DNA of 32,511 bases from the IMG/VR virus record IMGVR_UViG_3300025632_000008. One strand, 5' to 3'. Positions 12,466-22,946 of this stretch are shown in pieces; within the stretch, counting starts at the first letter, position 1; each line of letters opens with the position of its first letter. A program made the position numbers and the translations under genes. Source of the DNA: a virus. The notes below the pieces were generated by a model. That model was not told where the DNA came from. It was given only the letters and a program-made list of their open reading frames with translations, and searched no databases.

Positions 12466-14009
12466 TGGATAATGTAGCGCAAAAATACATGAAGCTCTAT
12501 GAATCGGCTAAAGCAAAGCGTGAAAACTTTGTGCCGTTATTCGATGAGTGCTATGAGTACGCGCTACCACAGCGTGAATCCTTCTACCATGAAACACCGG
12601 GACAGCGCAGAGACGATAAGATCTTTGATGAAACTGCTGTTGTCGGTGTACAAGAGTTTGCTTCTCGTCTGCAATCAGGGCTTGTCCCTAATTTTGCTAG
12701 GTGGGCAGACTTAACAGCTGGCTCAGAAATCCCTAAAGATCAAAGGGATGCGGTTAATAACGACCTTGATGAAGTTACTGACTATGTGTTCGAGGTCTTA
12801 CAGAACTCAAACTTCTCACAGGAAGTACATGAATCCTTTATGGATTTAGCAGTTGGTACTGGTGTATTGGTTTGCGAAGAAGGGGATTCAGTTAATCCCG
12901 TTAACTTCTCTGCTATTCCGTTGCCTCATGTTGTTCTTGATACTGGCCCTGATGATAAGATCGACCATGTATTCCGTGAGCGTAAGGATATAAAGTTTGG
13001 TCAGATAACCATTCTTTACCCAAAAGCGAAGATGTCTCCTGACTTGATGAACCAAGTCCAAAACTCACCTGAAAAGACAACTACTATTCTTGAGATAGTT
13101 TGCCGTGATTACAGCAAAATAAATGAAGAGGCTTACGTTAGTTATGCAATCTGTATGACTACAAAAAGCGTAGTCTATTCTAAAGAAATGAAGGGCGTTG
13201 GATCTAATCCATTTATATGCTTCCGTTGGTCCAAGTGTGCTGGTGAAGTTTATGGTCGCGGCCCTCTGATTAACGCCCTATCCGCAATCAAGACAACCAA
13301 CCTTACGATAGAACTAATCCTTGAAAATGCTCAGATGGCTATCTCTGGCATCTATCAGATGGAAGATGACGGAGTAATTAACCCGGATACTATTAACTTG
13401 GTCCCCGGCACGATCATTCCCAAAGCAATGGGTTCAAGCGGATTGCAGCCTATTCAAGCTGCTGGGAGTTTTGATGTAGCCCAATTAATTCTTTCAGATA
13501 TGAGATTGAATATTAAACGCGCTCTCTACAACGACATGCTTGGCAACCCTGACCGAACACCAGCCTCCGCAACTGAGGTTGCTGAACGTATGGCTGATCT
13601 GTCTCGCCGTGTAGGTTCAGCCTTTGGCCGATTGCAAGCAGAGCTTGTGCAGCCAGTATTGCAGCGCGTCATTTATATCCTTAAAAAACAAGGGCGTATA
13701 GATATACCCACTGTCAACGGGCGTGAGGTAAAAGTTAAGTCCGTTTCGCCTCTCGCACAGGCGCAATCAAATGCAGATATTACATCTGTTTCTCGCTTTA
13801 TGGAGCTTGCTCAATCAGCGTTTGGACCTGAGCTTACTCAAGTATTGGTCAACTCAGAAGAGACCGCTGCATACCTTGCGAAAAAATTTGGTGTACCTGA
13901 CACCTTGATTCGTGACGAATCAGAGCGTAGAGAAATAGTTGCAATGATGCAGCAAATGTCACAGCAGCAACAAGCTGCACCAGAGGCTGCACCACAACCG
14001 TTGGAGTAG
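12465..14009 (+). CDS. Portal (head-tail connector), T7 gp8-like
   Basis: EVYGRGPLINAL..ENAQMAISG and TATEVAERMADLSRRVGSAFGRLQAELVQPVLQRV parallel T7 gp8 segments ESYGRSYIE..ENLQEAIVKMS and ERVTAEEIRYVASELEDTLGGVYSILSQELQLPLVRV. Confidence 0.85.
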   Translation: MDNVAQKYMKLYESAKAKRENFVPLFDECYEYALPQRESFYHETPGQRRDDKIFDETAVVGVQEFASRLQSGLVPNFARWADLTAGSEIPKDQRDAVNNDLDEVTDYVFEVLQNSNFSQEVHESFMDLAVGTGVLVCEEGDSVNPVNFSAIPLPHVVLDTGPDDKIDHVFRERKDIKFGQITILYPKAKMSPDLMNQVQNSPEKTTTILEIVCRDYSKINEEAYVSYAICMTTKSVVYSKEMKGVGSNPFICFRWSKCAGEVYGRGPLINALSAIKTTNLTIELILENAQMAISGIYQMEDDGVINPDTINLVPGTIIPKAMGSSGLQPIQAAGSFDVAQLILSDMRLNIKRALYNDMLGNPDRTPASATEVAERMADLSRRVGSAFGRLQAELVQPVLQRVIYILKKQGRIDIPTVNGREVKVKSVSPLAQAQSNADITSVSRFMELAQSAFGPELTQVLVNSEETAAYLAKKFGVPDTLIRDESERREIVAMMQQMSQQQQAAPEAAPQPLE

Positions 14010-14012
14010 CTT

Positions 14013-14279
14013 TTGGAAAAAGCCAAGATCAACGTGGGCGTAGATGGTATTCAGCGCCCACAGGCAAAAGACAGAGAGATCAGCCTTAATGTTGCTGAAG
14101 TATTTAGCAAGCCAGCAGGTAAGGCTGTCCTTCAATACCTTCGGTCTATAACTATTGAAATGGTTAATGGGCCACATGTTTCAACAGAAGAGCTTCGACA
14201 CTTAGAAGGCCAGCGTTATATCGTTGGCCTTATTGAGTCTCGTATAAATCATTCCCATAAGGTGAAAAACAATGTCTGA
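14013..14279 (+). CDS. Hypothetical small head-module protein
   Basis: The only in-frame starts are TTG 14013 and GTG 14034. Overlaps the scaffold start by 8 nt. Confidence 0.5.
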   Translation: MEKAKINVGVDGIQRPQAKDREISLNVAEVFSKPAGKAVLQYLRSITIEMVNGPHVSTEELRHLEGQRYIVGLIESRINHSHKVKNNV

Positions 14280-15009
14280 AGAAAACACACTTCTCGATAC
14301 TGAAGCCACTACTGAAGCACCAGCAGAGGATCAGGTAGAAACTACAGGGCAAAGCGCAGAAGCAGATGCTGCGGAGGAATTACTTGCTGGTAAGTACAAG
14401 ACAGCAGAAGATTTGGAGAGTGCTTATAAAAGCCTTGAGTCAAAGATTGGCGAAAAAGAAGACGCCATTCGTGAACGGCTAAAAGAAGAAATGAGTCAGC
14501 CCAAAGAGGGCGTGCCTTTAAGTGCTGGTGAATATGAACTCCCTGACTTTGTAGACGAGTCGGAAGCTGTAGGAAACGAAGCACTAAAGAGTTGGTCAGA
14601 GCATTGCTTTGAGAATGGTTACAGCAACGAAGAGTTCCAAAGGGGATTGGAGCTGTACATGAACTCAATGCCACAACAGCCAGACCTTGAGAAAGAAGCT
14701 AGTAGCCTTGGTGACAATGCAACTGCTCGAATTGAATCAGCTTCATTGTTTGCAAATAAGTTCTTCCCAGAAGAAGCTATGCCAGCAATCGAGCGTATGT
14801 GTGAAGGCGCAGATGGTATTATTGCACTTGAAGCAATCATGGCGGCAATGAAGGAGCCATCAATGGGTACGCCCACTGGAACCGCAGATGCAATTAGTGA
14901 GGCATCGTTGAATGAAATGATGCGTGACGAGCGTTATTGGAACCCACGGACAAGGGATGATAACTTTGTTAAGCAAGTAGACTCTGGCTTCAAGAAACTT
15001 TATGGCTGA
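14272..15009 (+). CDS. Putative scaffolding protein
   Basis: Very acidic and helical, 245 aa, between portal and capsid. RBS aaggtg. Confidence 0.6.
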   Translation: MSEENTLLDTEATTEAPAEDQVETTGQSAEADAAEELLAGKYKTAEDLESAYKSLESKIGEKEDAIRERLKEEMSQPKEGVPLSAGEYELPDFVDESEAVGNEALKSWSEHCFENGYSNEEFQRGLELYMNSMPQQPDLEKEASSLGDNATARIESASLFANKFFPEEAMPAIERMCEGADGIIALEAIMAAMKEPSMGTPTGTADAISEASLNEMMRDERYWNPRTRDDNFVKQVDSGFKKLYG

Positions 15010-15526
15010 AATCAAAGTCTTAACTAGAGGTAAGTATTATCTTACTCCATTTTCTGAGGCGCATGTTGAAGAACTGTGCGCCTCGCTATCTGCTGAAAGC
15101 AAACATGAGTTAGCTTGCTTAGGATACTCCACTGTTACCGAGGCACTTGAGGACATTATAGATCAGTCTGAGTGCTATGTAGCAAAGTCAGAGGGTGGAC
15201 CTATCATCTGCATAAGCGGATTATTTATAGGATCAAGTATACAATGCCCTCAAATGTTTACAATGTTTACGGACGAAGTGCGTACAAACTTTCAGGTAAT
15301 GGCGCGTGGCTCTAAGATGTTAGTAAACTTCTTTGACCAAACATATCCATCTATGCGTATGTCTATACTTAGCGACTTTACCAGTATGTTGGATTGGGCC
15401 GCTTGGCTTGGGTTTGCAGTTAAGGGAACTGTAACCTACAATAAAAACACATATATTGAATTTGTGCGTTGCAATCCTAAACAAAAGGATGTTTCACATA
15501 AACCATCAAGGCCCGTAATGCACTGA
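15002..15526 (+). CDS. Hypothetical protein between scaffold and capsid (possibly acetyltransferase-fold / DUF2833-like; uncertain)
   Basis: 174 aa. The pattern ..VEELCASLSAESKHEL...GGPIICISGL....MLDWAAWLGF loosely recalls small GNAT-like phage proteins. Weak RBS, 8-nt overlap upstream. Confidence 0.5.
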   Translation: MAEIKVLTRGKYYLTPFSEAHVEELCASLSAESKHELACLGYSTVTEALEDIIDQSECYVAKSEGGPIICISGLFIGSSIQCPQMFTMFTDEVRTNFQVMARGSKMLVNFFDQTYPSMRMSILSDFTSMLDWAAWLGFAVKGTVTYNKNTYIEFVRCNPKQKDVSHKPSRPVMH

Positions 15527-15612
15527 GAAGCCCGAAAGGATACCTTCAATGACGATGTTGAGCGGATACCCAAGATGCAAAACTAAATGAACTCTAACAA
15601 AGGACTGTTCAA

Positions 15613-16422
15613 ATGGCTAACACAATTGACGTAGCATTTATCAAACAGTTTGAAACCGATGTGCATCTTGCCTACCAGCGCATGGGTTCCAAACTTCGCA
15701 ATACAATTCGTACCACAAACACTTCTGCTTCTGTTTCTCGCTTTCAGAAGATTGGTACAGGCGCAGCCTCCACTAAGTCACGCAATGGTAACGTGAGCAC
15801 TATGGAATTGGCGCACACCACAGTTGAAGCAACAATGGCTGACTTCTACGCTGCTGAGTACATTGATAAGCTCGACGAGCTAAAGATCAATATCAACGAG
15901 CGTCAAGCTGTTGCTGAATCTGCTGCTTCTGCATTGGGTCGTAAGACTGATGAAATCATCATCACTGCAATGGACGCGGGTGCAAACACTACTCAAATCG
16001 CTGATACAACTGGCGCATTGGGTAAAGCTGACTTGCTTACATTGTTCCAAACTTTTGGCGCAGCCGACATTCCAGAGGATGGACAGCGTTATCTTGCTAT
16101 GTCCCCTGCTGGTTTTGCTGACTTGTTCAACATTAACGAGTTTGCTTCTTCGGACTATGTAGGTCCACAGCAACTTCCGTTTGCTGGCGGCATGACAATG
16201 AAAGAGTTCTTGGGCTTCAAGATCTTCTCAACGTCTGCTGTAGCTGGTGGCAAAAACTTTGCTTACCACATGCGAGCTGTTGGCTTGGGTGTTAACTCTG
16301 ACGTTAAGACTGAAGTTAACTATGTACCTGAGAAAGTCGCACACCTTGCCACATCAATGATGTCAATGGGTTCTGTTGTCATTGATGACAATGGCGTCTA
16401 CGAGGTTCTCGACAATAACTAA
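15613..16422 (+). CDS. Major capsid protein, T7 gp10-like (HK97 fold), 269 aa
   Basis: FIKQFETDVHLAYQR...SVSRFQKIGTGAA...ESAASALGRKTDEIIITAM parallels T7 gp10 FLKVFGGEVLTAFAR...SAQFPVLGRT...ESLAMAADGAVLAEI. Followed by a strong terminator. Confidence 0.8.
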   Translation: MANTIDVAFIKQFETDVHLAYQRMGSKLRNTIRTTNTSASVSRFQKIGTGAASTKSRNGNVSTMELAHTTVEATMADFYAAEYIDKLDELKININERQAVAESAASALGRKTDEIIITAMDAGANTTQIADTTGALGKADLLTLFQTFGAADIPEDGQRYLAMSPAGFADLFNINEFASSDYVGPQQLPFAGGMTMKEFLGFKIFSTSAVAGGKNFAYHMRAVGLGVNSDVKTEVNYVPEKVAHLATSMMSMGSVVIDDNGVYEVLDNN

Positions 16423-16429
16423 GTTGATT

Positions 16430-16455
16430 GGGGGAGCTTAGTCTCCCCCTTTCTT
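16430..16455 (+). terminator. Rho-independent terminator after the capsid gene
   Basis: GGGGGAG-cttagt-CTCCCCC followed by TTTCTT, 8 nt after the stop. Confidence 0.75.
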
Positions 16456-16473
16456 GCAGCTTGGAGCATTTAC

Positions 16474-17067
16474 ATGGCCGTACTAAGTACATCTGCTAAT
16501 ACCCCAATTGACGTATCAAGTAGGGCTCTCATCTTAATCGGTGCAGACCCTATTACTTCTTTTGAGGATGGGACAAGTGAGGCTCTTATTGCTGCAAATA
16601 TGTATGAAGACATTGCACGATCAGCATTAGTTAACAGCCGTTGGCGATTTGCAACTAATCAATCTGTACTAAATAGATTAAGTGAAGCGCCTACAGGGCG
16701 TTACACTGCTGCATATCAAGCGCCATCTGATTCTCTTATGTTTCATGCAGTGACAGTTAATGACTTTAACATTGAATACCAAACCTACGGCAACAAGATA
16801 TATTGCGATACGGACACAACGTCTGAGGTTGTTCTTGACTACACGTTCAGGGCCAGTGAGCAAAACTGGCCTTCATATTTTGTAGTGGCTGTACAGTATG
16901 AGCTTGCTTCAGTGTTTGCCGCAGCACTAGCGCAAGACGCTTCGTTAGCGCAGCTAATGGGACAGCAAGCACAGCTTGCAATGATGAAAGCCAGAACGCT
17001 TGACTCACAACAGCAAACAACTCGCAAGCTATCTACATCAAGGTTTATTGCTGAAAGGCGCAGTTAA
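16474..17067 (+). CDS. Tail tubular protein A / adaptor, T7 gp11-like
   Basis: 197 aa (T7 gp11 is 196 aa). SSRALILIGADPITSFEDGTSEALIAANMYEDIARSALVNSRWRFA parallels gp11 [40 protein letters not shown]. Confidence 0.65.
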   Translation: MAVLSTSANTPIDVSSRALILIGADPITSFEDGTSEALIAANMYEDIARSALVNSRWRFATNQSVLNRLSEAPTGRYTAAYQAPSDSLMFHAVTVNDFNIEYQTYGNKIYCDTDTTSEVVLDYTFRASEQNWPSYFVVAVQYELASVFAAALAQDASLAQLMGQQAQLAMMKARTLDSQQQTTRKLSTSRFIAERRS

Positions 17068-19304
17068 TGCAGAAGGTTCGTGTTCCAGTAACAAACTTTT
17101 CTTACGGAGAGGTTAGCCCTTCTCTGTACTCACGAACTGATTCAGCGGTCTACACTGGTTCAGCCCAACGTATTGAGAACTTCTTTCTTCGTGCAGAAGG
17201 TGGGGTTATCAAACGTGCTGGCCTAAGAAGTATTTATCAAAACGATATTGTCTTGGACCCAACTAGAACACAGCAATCACGTTTGCTGCCATTTATCTTT
17301 TCCGATGACGAGCGTTACATCATTTCGCTTGAGCATCAAAAGTTAAAGATATTCTTCATTGACCCTTTGACAGGGGCATTGAGTTTAATAAATACAATTA
17401 CTCAGGACATAAACGGTAATACGTTAAAGTTTACCCATCAGTTTATGCACGAGTTTACGTTTGCTCAGGCTGGCGATGTCATGTTCATATGTCATCCAAC
17501 TTTTATTCCGCAACAAATTGTTAGGATTTCTCTTAGTACGTTCCAAGTAGAGCCTTTTGTATTTGACGCTAGGTCAGATTTAACAAAAATATATCAGCCG
17601 TATTACACATTTCAACGGCAAGGAACAACGCTTGCTGTCTCCGCAACAACTGGAAATGGAGTTACCATTACGACTTCAGATCCTTACTTTGATACAACCG
17701 GAGAACATGATGGGATCACTCTTCGTTATCATGGGGCCGAGCTTGAAATAACTTCAGTGCAAAGCACAACTAGCGCAACTGCAAACATCTTGGACGAATT
17801 AATTGTTCGTCTAGGCATAAACTCATTTAGTACAACAGAAGGTCAGGCTGATATTGAAGTTACTCTTGTTCGTCATGGGCTGCGTGTAAATGATTCAATT
17901 GTAGTATCTCATGCTGGCAGTGTTGGCGGGATTTCTGCAAACCAAATTAATGGCACACGAACTGTTGCAACCATAATAGATGACGATAAGTTTACTATAG
18001 TAGCTGGCTCAAATGCTAATGCGTCTGAAATTGGTGGCGGTAGCCCAAAGATAAGCACAAACGCACCGACAACCTCTTGGGAAGAGCAATCATATTCTGT
18101 ACTTAGAGGCTATCCGTCTGCCGTAACCTTTCATCAAAACCGATTGGTGTTCGGTGGTAGCTTATCCCAGCCCGATTCCTTATGGTTTAGCAAGAGTGGA
18201 TACTATTATAACTTTGATGTTGGCACCGCTAAGGATGATGAGTCAATTCATATTACCGCGAGTGTTGGTGATATTAACCAAATACGTCACTTAGTTTCTA
18301 ATCGTGATTTGCAAGTCTTTACTGCAACGTCTGAGATGTATGTTCCATCATTTACTAATCAGCCAATAACTCCAACTAACATTCAGATACGGAGGCAGAC
18401 TCCGTTTGGCTGTGACTTTGTTAGGCCACAGGCTTTGGATGGTGCAACTTTGTTTGTTCAAAAGGGCGGGGCTATTGTTCGAGAGTATGTGTTTGCTGAT
18501 ACAGAAGCAGCTTATGTAGCTTCACCAATATCGCTCATTTCTTCGCATCTTATTAAGACGCCAATAGAAATGAACACAATGTATGGCGCTATGAGCAGGT
18601 CAGAAAGCTATGTTTTTGTTGTAAACTACTTTGGCACAGTCTCTGTCTTTAACTCCAATCGTGGAGAAGAAAGAGCAGGCTGGACTGAGTTTACAACCAA
18701 TGGTTACTTTAACTCTACAGTAACTATTGATGATCGCGTGTTTGCTAGCATTATCTATGACCAAGGTGACGGAACTCAAAAGTTTGCTATATGCGAGTTT
18801 GACGAGTCTTATAACACAGACGTTGCTGGCATTTACACTGGAAGCAACGGCGTATTCGATGTTTCTGACTTCTATGCTGATGGCGCAGTCCTTAACGTAA
18901 TTGATGGCAACAACTATGTTGGAGAGTTTACTGTGTCCGGTGGCAACATTGATGTGTCTGCAATTGTTCCTGATCTTACTGAAGCAGAAATTGGAATGAA
19001 GTTTAACGTTACTCTTACTACTAATCCATTAGATATTGCGACAGGTTCTGGTCCTGTTACTGGCACTCCCCGAAGAGTAGGGAGTGTTGTCGTTGACCTT
19101 AACGATACTTTGTCAGCTACTGTAAACGGAGCAAACTTAGTTCTAAGAAATGTAACTGATGATTTATCACAAGAAGTTTCTTCGTTCACAGGAAAGAAGG
19201 AGTTTCGTCTAATGGGATACAGTCGTGACCCACAGATTACAGTTACACAATCCGCCCCCTTGCGCTTGCAAGTTAATGGCATAGTTGCGGAGTTAACATT
19301 CTAA
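17067..19304 (+). CDS. Tail tubular protein B / nozzle, T7 gp12-like
   Basis: N-terminus NFSYGEVSPSLYSRTD....ENFFLRAEGGVIKRAG parallels gp12 NLKGGISQQPDILRYPDQ...NGWSSETEGLQKRP. 745 aa, follows the gp11-like gene. Confidence 0.65.
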   Translation: MQKVRVPVTNFSYGEVSPSLYSRTDSAVYTGSAQRIENFFLRAEGGVIKRAGLRSIYQNDIVLDPTRTQQSRLLPFIFSDDERYIISLEHQKLKIFFIDPLTGALSLINTITQDINGNTLKFTHQFMHEFTFAQAGDVMFICHPTFIPQQIVRISLSTFQVEPFVFDARSDLTKIYQPYYTFQRQGTTLAVSATTGNGVTITTSDPYFDTTGEHDGITLRYHGAELEITSVQSTTSATANILDELIVRLGINSFSTTEGQADIEVTLVRHGLRVNDSIVVSHAGSVGGISANQINGTRTVATIIDDDKFTIVAGSNANASEIGGGSPKISTNAPTTSWEEQSYSVLRGYPSAVTFHQNRLVFGGSLSQPDSLWFSKSGYYYNFDVGTAKDDESIHITASVGDINQIRHLVSNRDLQVFTATSEMYVPSFTNQPITPTNIQIRRQTPFGCDFVRPQALDGATLFVQKGGAIVREYVFADTEAAYVASPISLISSHLIKTPIEMNTMYGAMSRSESYVFVVNYFGTVSVFNSNRGEERAGWTEFTTNGYFNSTVTIDDRVFASIIYDQGDGTQKFAICEFDESYNTDVAGIYTGSNGVFDVSDFYADGAVLNVIDGNNYVGEFTVSGGNIDVSAIVPDLTEAEIGMKFNVTLTTNPLDIATGSGPVTGTPRRVGSVVVDLNDTLSATVNGANLVLRNVTDDLSQEVSSFTGKKEFRLMGYSRDPQITVTQSAPLRLQVNGIVAELTF

Positions 19305-19789
19305 TGGACCCTTTTACCGTCTTTACAATTGGAACCACTCTCCTTGGTATGTCTGCTCAAAACAAGGCAGCATCCGCTCAAGAGTTGCAATCTCAACAGC
19401 AAGCAAGGCAAATGGAAATTGATCGGCAGGTAGCCGAAGTGCAAGCTATGCAGCAGCGCAATCAAAGGATTGCTGACTACAACACCGCGCGATCTACAAA
19501 TAATGCTCAGTTCTCTTTCCAGCTTGGGGGTGGAGAAAGCTCTAGCCTTGCAGCGTTTGAGCAAGAGCAGGGATTAGTCAAAAGTTCTGACCTTGCAGCT
19601 AGCCAGTTCCAATCTTTCCTAGATCAAAGCAGCAGAAGCGTTGCCTCAAGAATTGAAATACAACGCGGTATTAATGCAAGCAGGGTTGGCAGCATAAACA
19701 GCTTAACGATGCTTGCTAAACTAGGTGCAGATCTTTCTAAGACATATACTCCAACACCTGCTCCCGCCCCTGTAACGCCTGTAAAATAG
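19304..19789 (+). CDS. Internal virion protein (gp13/gp14 position)
   Basis: Hydrophobic N-terminus FTVFTIGTTLLGMSA and a Q-rich coiled coil. Assigned by synteny only. Confidence 0.45.
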   Translation: MDPFTVFTIGTTLLGMSAQNKAASAQELQSQQQARQMEIDRQVAEVQAMQQRNQRIADYNTARSTNNAQFSFQLGGGESSSLAAFEQEQGLVKSSDLAASQFQSFLDQSSRSVASRIEIQRGINASRVGSINSLTMLAKLGADLSKTYTPTPAPAPVTPVK

Positions 19790-19801
19790 AGAGCTATCAC
19801 A

Positions 19802-22800
19802 ATGCCGATAATAAGAGAGCAACGAAGAATCTTTAATCAGCCAATCGGTGTGCGTAGCTTTGACACTGGCGAAGCTCAAGTTGGCAACGCTGTCTCAAGA
19901 CTTGCAAATACAATGGGCAAGGAGTTTTACGAGAAGGCTGCAACAAACGCTGAAAAGTTTGGTGCGGAAGCGGCTCAGTCAATTTCTGCAAGCGATTTAA
20001 AGGCATTTGATTCTAGCACTGGTAAGCCAGAAGTTCTTTCTCAGATGAAGGGCATGGGTAGCATTGCCTCTGCTTCATTTGAACGTGTTGTTGAGCGCCG
20101 CTTTGTAGATTCAATTGATAAAGACATACGGCTAAAATCTGCGGAGCTTGCTTCTAAGTATGAAGATCCAGTTCAGTATCAAAGCATGTTTGAGTCTTAT
20201 CTTAGCTCAATGTCTACTGGTGCTGGTGATCGCTTTAAAAACATAATCGTTGATTCTGGCTCCTATGTTATGGGGCAGACTAAAATTAGGTTAGCAGATG
20301 CCGCTAGAGCCAAGGCAAGAGCAAGTGCAGCTCAAGCAGTTGGCACAACTAACATAGAGTATGCAGAAACAATTTATGACGCAGCTTCCGCCGGGGACTT
20401 CACTACATCCGTCGCCTACATTGAAGAGCGCGTCACAGCCTCTCTAGAGGCCGAGAACGCAGAGCTTTATGATAAAGGGTATGCACAGAAGGTAAGGTCG
20501 GAACTTGGCTCACAGGCCATGTCAGGGGCTCTGGAGGTAGCACTGAAAGGTGCGACTCCAATACAGCAGGCTTCGATAAGGGTTTACGTTGGTAGCCAAG
20601 GTAAAGCTGGTGGCGAAAGCCTTAGCGAAAAACAGCTAGAAGCACTTAAACCTTTTATAGGTTACGTTGACCGCACCAACACAGCAGCTTTGCTTTCTCA
20701 AGCAAATGTTATTTCCTCCAACTATAATTCAGTAACGGCTGCAAAGGTTGCTGAAGAAAAAGCAAAATATGAAGCAAGTAAGGCGAGGTTTTTAGCTAGC
20801 GTTACTGCTATAGAGTATGCTGCAAGTGCTCAAGCAGAGCAACAAAATCAAAGTAAAGAAGATTACGTAGCAGGCTTTTCTTTAAACTTTAAAGATACTA
20901 CTATTCTTTCAAATCGTTTTGCAAATACTACTGCTATAAGTCAGGCTTGGGGTTCAGGAAGTCTTGAGAGTATTGCTGGCTCAATACAATCCGCTCAAAC
21001 AACATATGAAAAAAGTTTACAACAGATTGTAAACGCAAGAACTCTTGGCTTGGGTGCAGATGAATATAAATCCCTCAAGCAAGATGCTCGTCGCGCTGGG
21101 CTTGATGCAGTTATTTTGAGTATGGCAAGTGACGGAAACATTGGGGCTCTAAAGGTGGCGTTAACTACAAACTCACCCGCAGACATTGCGAAGCTAAGTC
21201 CTCGTCAACAAATAGCAATTCAAGAGCTAACACAAACTAGGCTTTACGATCCTACTGAAGATAGGAATTATGTTTCTACCCTTATCTCTGGCACACAAGA
21301 CGAAGTACAAAACAAAACTGATAGAGAGATGCGAAATGCTAATCTTTTTGTAAGCGTTGATAATGCCTCAACATACTTTGCTAATGGTGTTTTTGATTTA
21401 GAAACTCTTAAAGCTACTGAAAAATTAGCAGAAAGTGCTTTGGAAAACGGAGACATTACTAGCACTGAGTTTGGTTCTTTGTCTGACAGTTTGCGTCTCT
21501 CTGCTGGGAAAGGCATAGTTAACATTGTTGCGGGTAACATGTCTTCTAAAGAACTAAACGACCTTTCTCTCTACGTTAAAGGTGGAGGTGAGGTAAAAGG
21601 AGATGCCAGCCCTCACGTTATTACTGCTGGGGATTCTATTCTTGCAGTTGTTCCGGCAGGCCAGTTGAGCAGCGTTAGCCAACACGCTAATAGCATAAGA
21701 GAAAAAGTCGCTAGAAACGAGGCTATTAAAGAAAACGAACGTAAAAAACAAGATTTGCAAAATGTACTTGCTGCAAACGGCGGCAATCATTTTGATAAAA
21801 CTCATCGAGTTGCTCAAGATGAGCGACTTAAAAATCTTGGATTTGACCCCGCTAATCCAAGCACCTATGCAGCAGGTGAAAGGTCATTGAAATTCTTTAA
21901 TGCTTTGCGTTCAACAATGCCTCAATCAGTAATTGATAACTTAAATGCTATTGCGACTGGCATTGAAACAGATAACACAGATGCGTATTTGAACATATTT
22001 GCGTCTATGCAAAACGATGTTACAACAGAAGGCTTATTTGTAAGCAGATTTGGATCGGGTGAGGGCGCATTAATTAGTCCCAAAACACAGGCGTTATTAA
22101 AAGATATTTTTGAAATATACAAAAGACAACCTGTAAGCGGTGTAAGGAAAAGCGCATCTGAAATTGCTATGGGTTTAATTGAAATGCGCAACGAAGAAAA
22201 ATCCAAACTTGCTATTTCGAATGTGCTTGGAGGGTTAAAACCGAATGAATACGTTGCAGATCGTTATGGAGATTTGATTGCAGCAGATTTAGATGGTGTT
22301 GCAGAATACTTAGCTGGTACAAACAAAACAAAAGAAGAAATAGATGCCAGACTCAAAGAGTTGGTAGATCAACATTACGGCCAATCAAGACTTGTTATTG
22401 ACCCAAGGTTCCCAGTAGGAGGACTTAACAGAACTTCGTATAGTCTTGAGAAAACATTTCCAGATGAAGATCGAAGAAATGCTTTTAAAGATTACATTGC
22501 CTCTCAATTGCCAGAGGGTTACAGGCTTGCAACATATATAGCCCCAAAAGAAACGAATCTTATTGAAAACATTGTTGAGCAAGGCCCGGTAATGGGCTCA
22601 ATAACTTCAGCAACTGCCGCAATAACGGCAGCATTTGTAGGCGATAAACCCAGAGATAAAACGGTTTACCTAGTTCCTAATGAGAATACTCGAGGAGTAG
22701 CTTATTATGCTTTCTATGTAGATGAAAACAACGAACTTCGTCCGTTAATTACAGAGATAAATAATGAGCCATATCTCCCAACATTTACAGAAAGAGATTT

Positions 22801-22945
22801 AGCTAATTATGATCGAGAAGTTATGCTTGCTGAAAGAGAAGCCTTACAGGAGCAAACGAAAATAAATCAAGCACTTCAGGACTACAGCGAAAGTCCTCGA
22901 CCAACCTCATTTGAATCTATTCGCAATTTTTTAGGGGCAAACTAA
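19802..22945 (+). CDS. Internal virion / ejection protein (gp15 position), 1047 aa
   Basis: Size, alpha-helical A/E/K/Q-rich composition and synteny. Confidence 0.5.
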   Translation: MPIIREQRRIFNQPIGVRSFDTGEAQVGNAVSRLANTMGKEFYEKAATNAEKFGAEAAQSISASDLKAFDSSTGKPEVLSQMKGMGSIASASFERVVERRFVDSIDKDIRLKSAELASKYEDPVQYQSMFESYLSSMSTGAGDRFKNIIVDSGSYVMGQTKIRLADAARAKARASAAQAVGTTNIEYAETIYDAASAGDFTTSVAYIEERVTASLEAENAELYDKGYAQKVRSELGSQAMSGALEVALKGATPIQQASIRVYVGSQGKAGGESLSEKQLEALKPFIGYVDRTNTAALLSQANVISSNYNSVTAAKVAEEKAKYEASKARFLASVTAIEYAASAQAEQQNQSKEDYVAGFSLNFKDTTILSNRFANTTAISQAWGSGSLESIAGSIQSAQTTYEKSLQQIVNARTLGLGADEYKSLKQDARRAGLDAVILSMASDGNIGALKVALTTNSPADIAKLSPRQQIAIQELTQTRLYDPTEDRNYVSTLISGTQDEVQNKTDREMRNANLFVSVDNASTYFANGVFDLETLKATEKLAESALENGDITSTEFGSLSDSLRLSAGKGIVNIVAGNMSSKELNDLSLYVKGGGEVKGDASPHVITAGDSILAVVPAGQLSSVSQHANSIREKVARNEAIKENERKKQDLQNVLAANGGNHFDKTHRVAQDERLKNLGFDPANPSTYAAGERSLKFFNALRSTMPQSVIDNLNAIATGIETDNTDAYLNIFASMQNDVTTEGLFVSRFGSGEGALISPKTQALLKDIFEIYKRQPVSGVRKSASEIAMGLIEMRNEEKSKLAISNVLGGLKPNEYVADRYGDLIAADLDGVAEYLAGTNKTKEEIDARLKELVDQHYGQSRLVIDPRFPVGGLNRTSYSLEKTFPDEDRRNAFKDYIASQLPEGYRLATYIAPKETNLIENIVEQGPVMGSITSATAAITAAFVGDKPRDKTVYLVPNENTRGVAYYAFYVDENNELRPLITEINNEPYLPTFTERDLANYDREVMLAEREALQEQTKINQALQDYSESPRPTSFESIRNFLGAN

Positions 22946-22946
22946 A

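Noticed and set aside
13908-13922. Inverted repeat GATTCG-TGA-CGAATC within the portal gene, and AGTGA-CGCTA-TCACT at about 26263-26277
   Set aside because: These are short, isolated and inside coding sequence, with no related copies or positional logic. They are consistent with chance.
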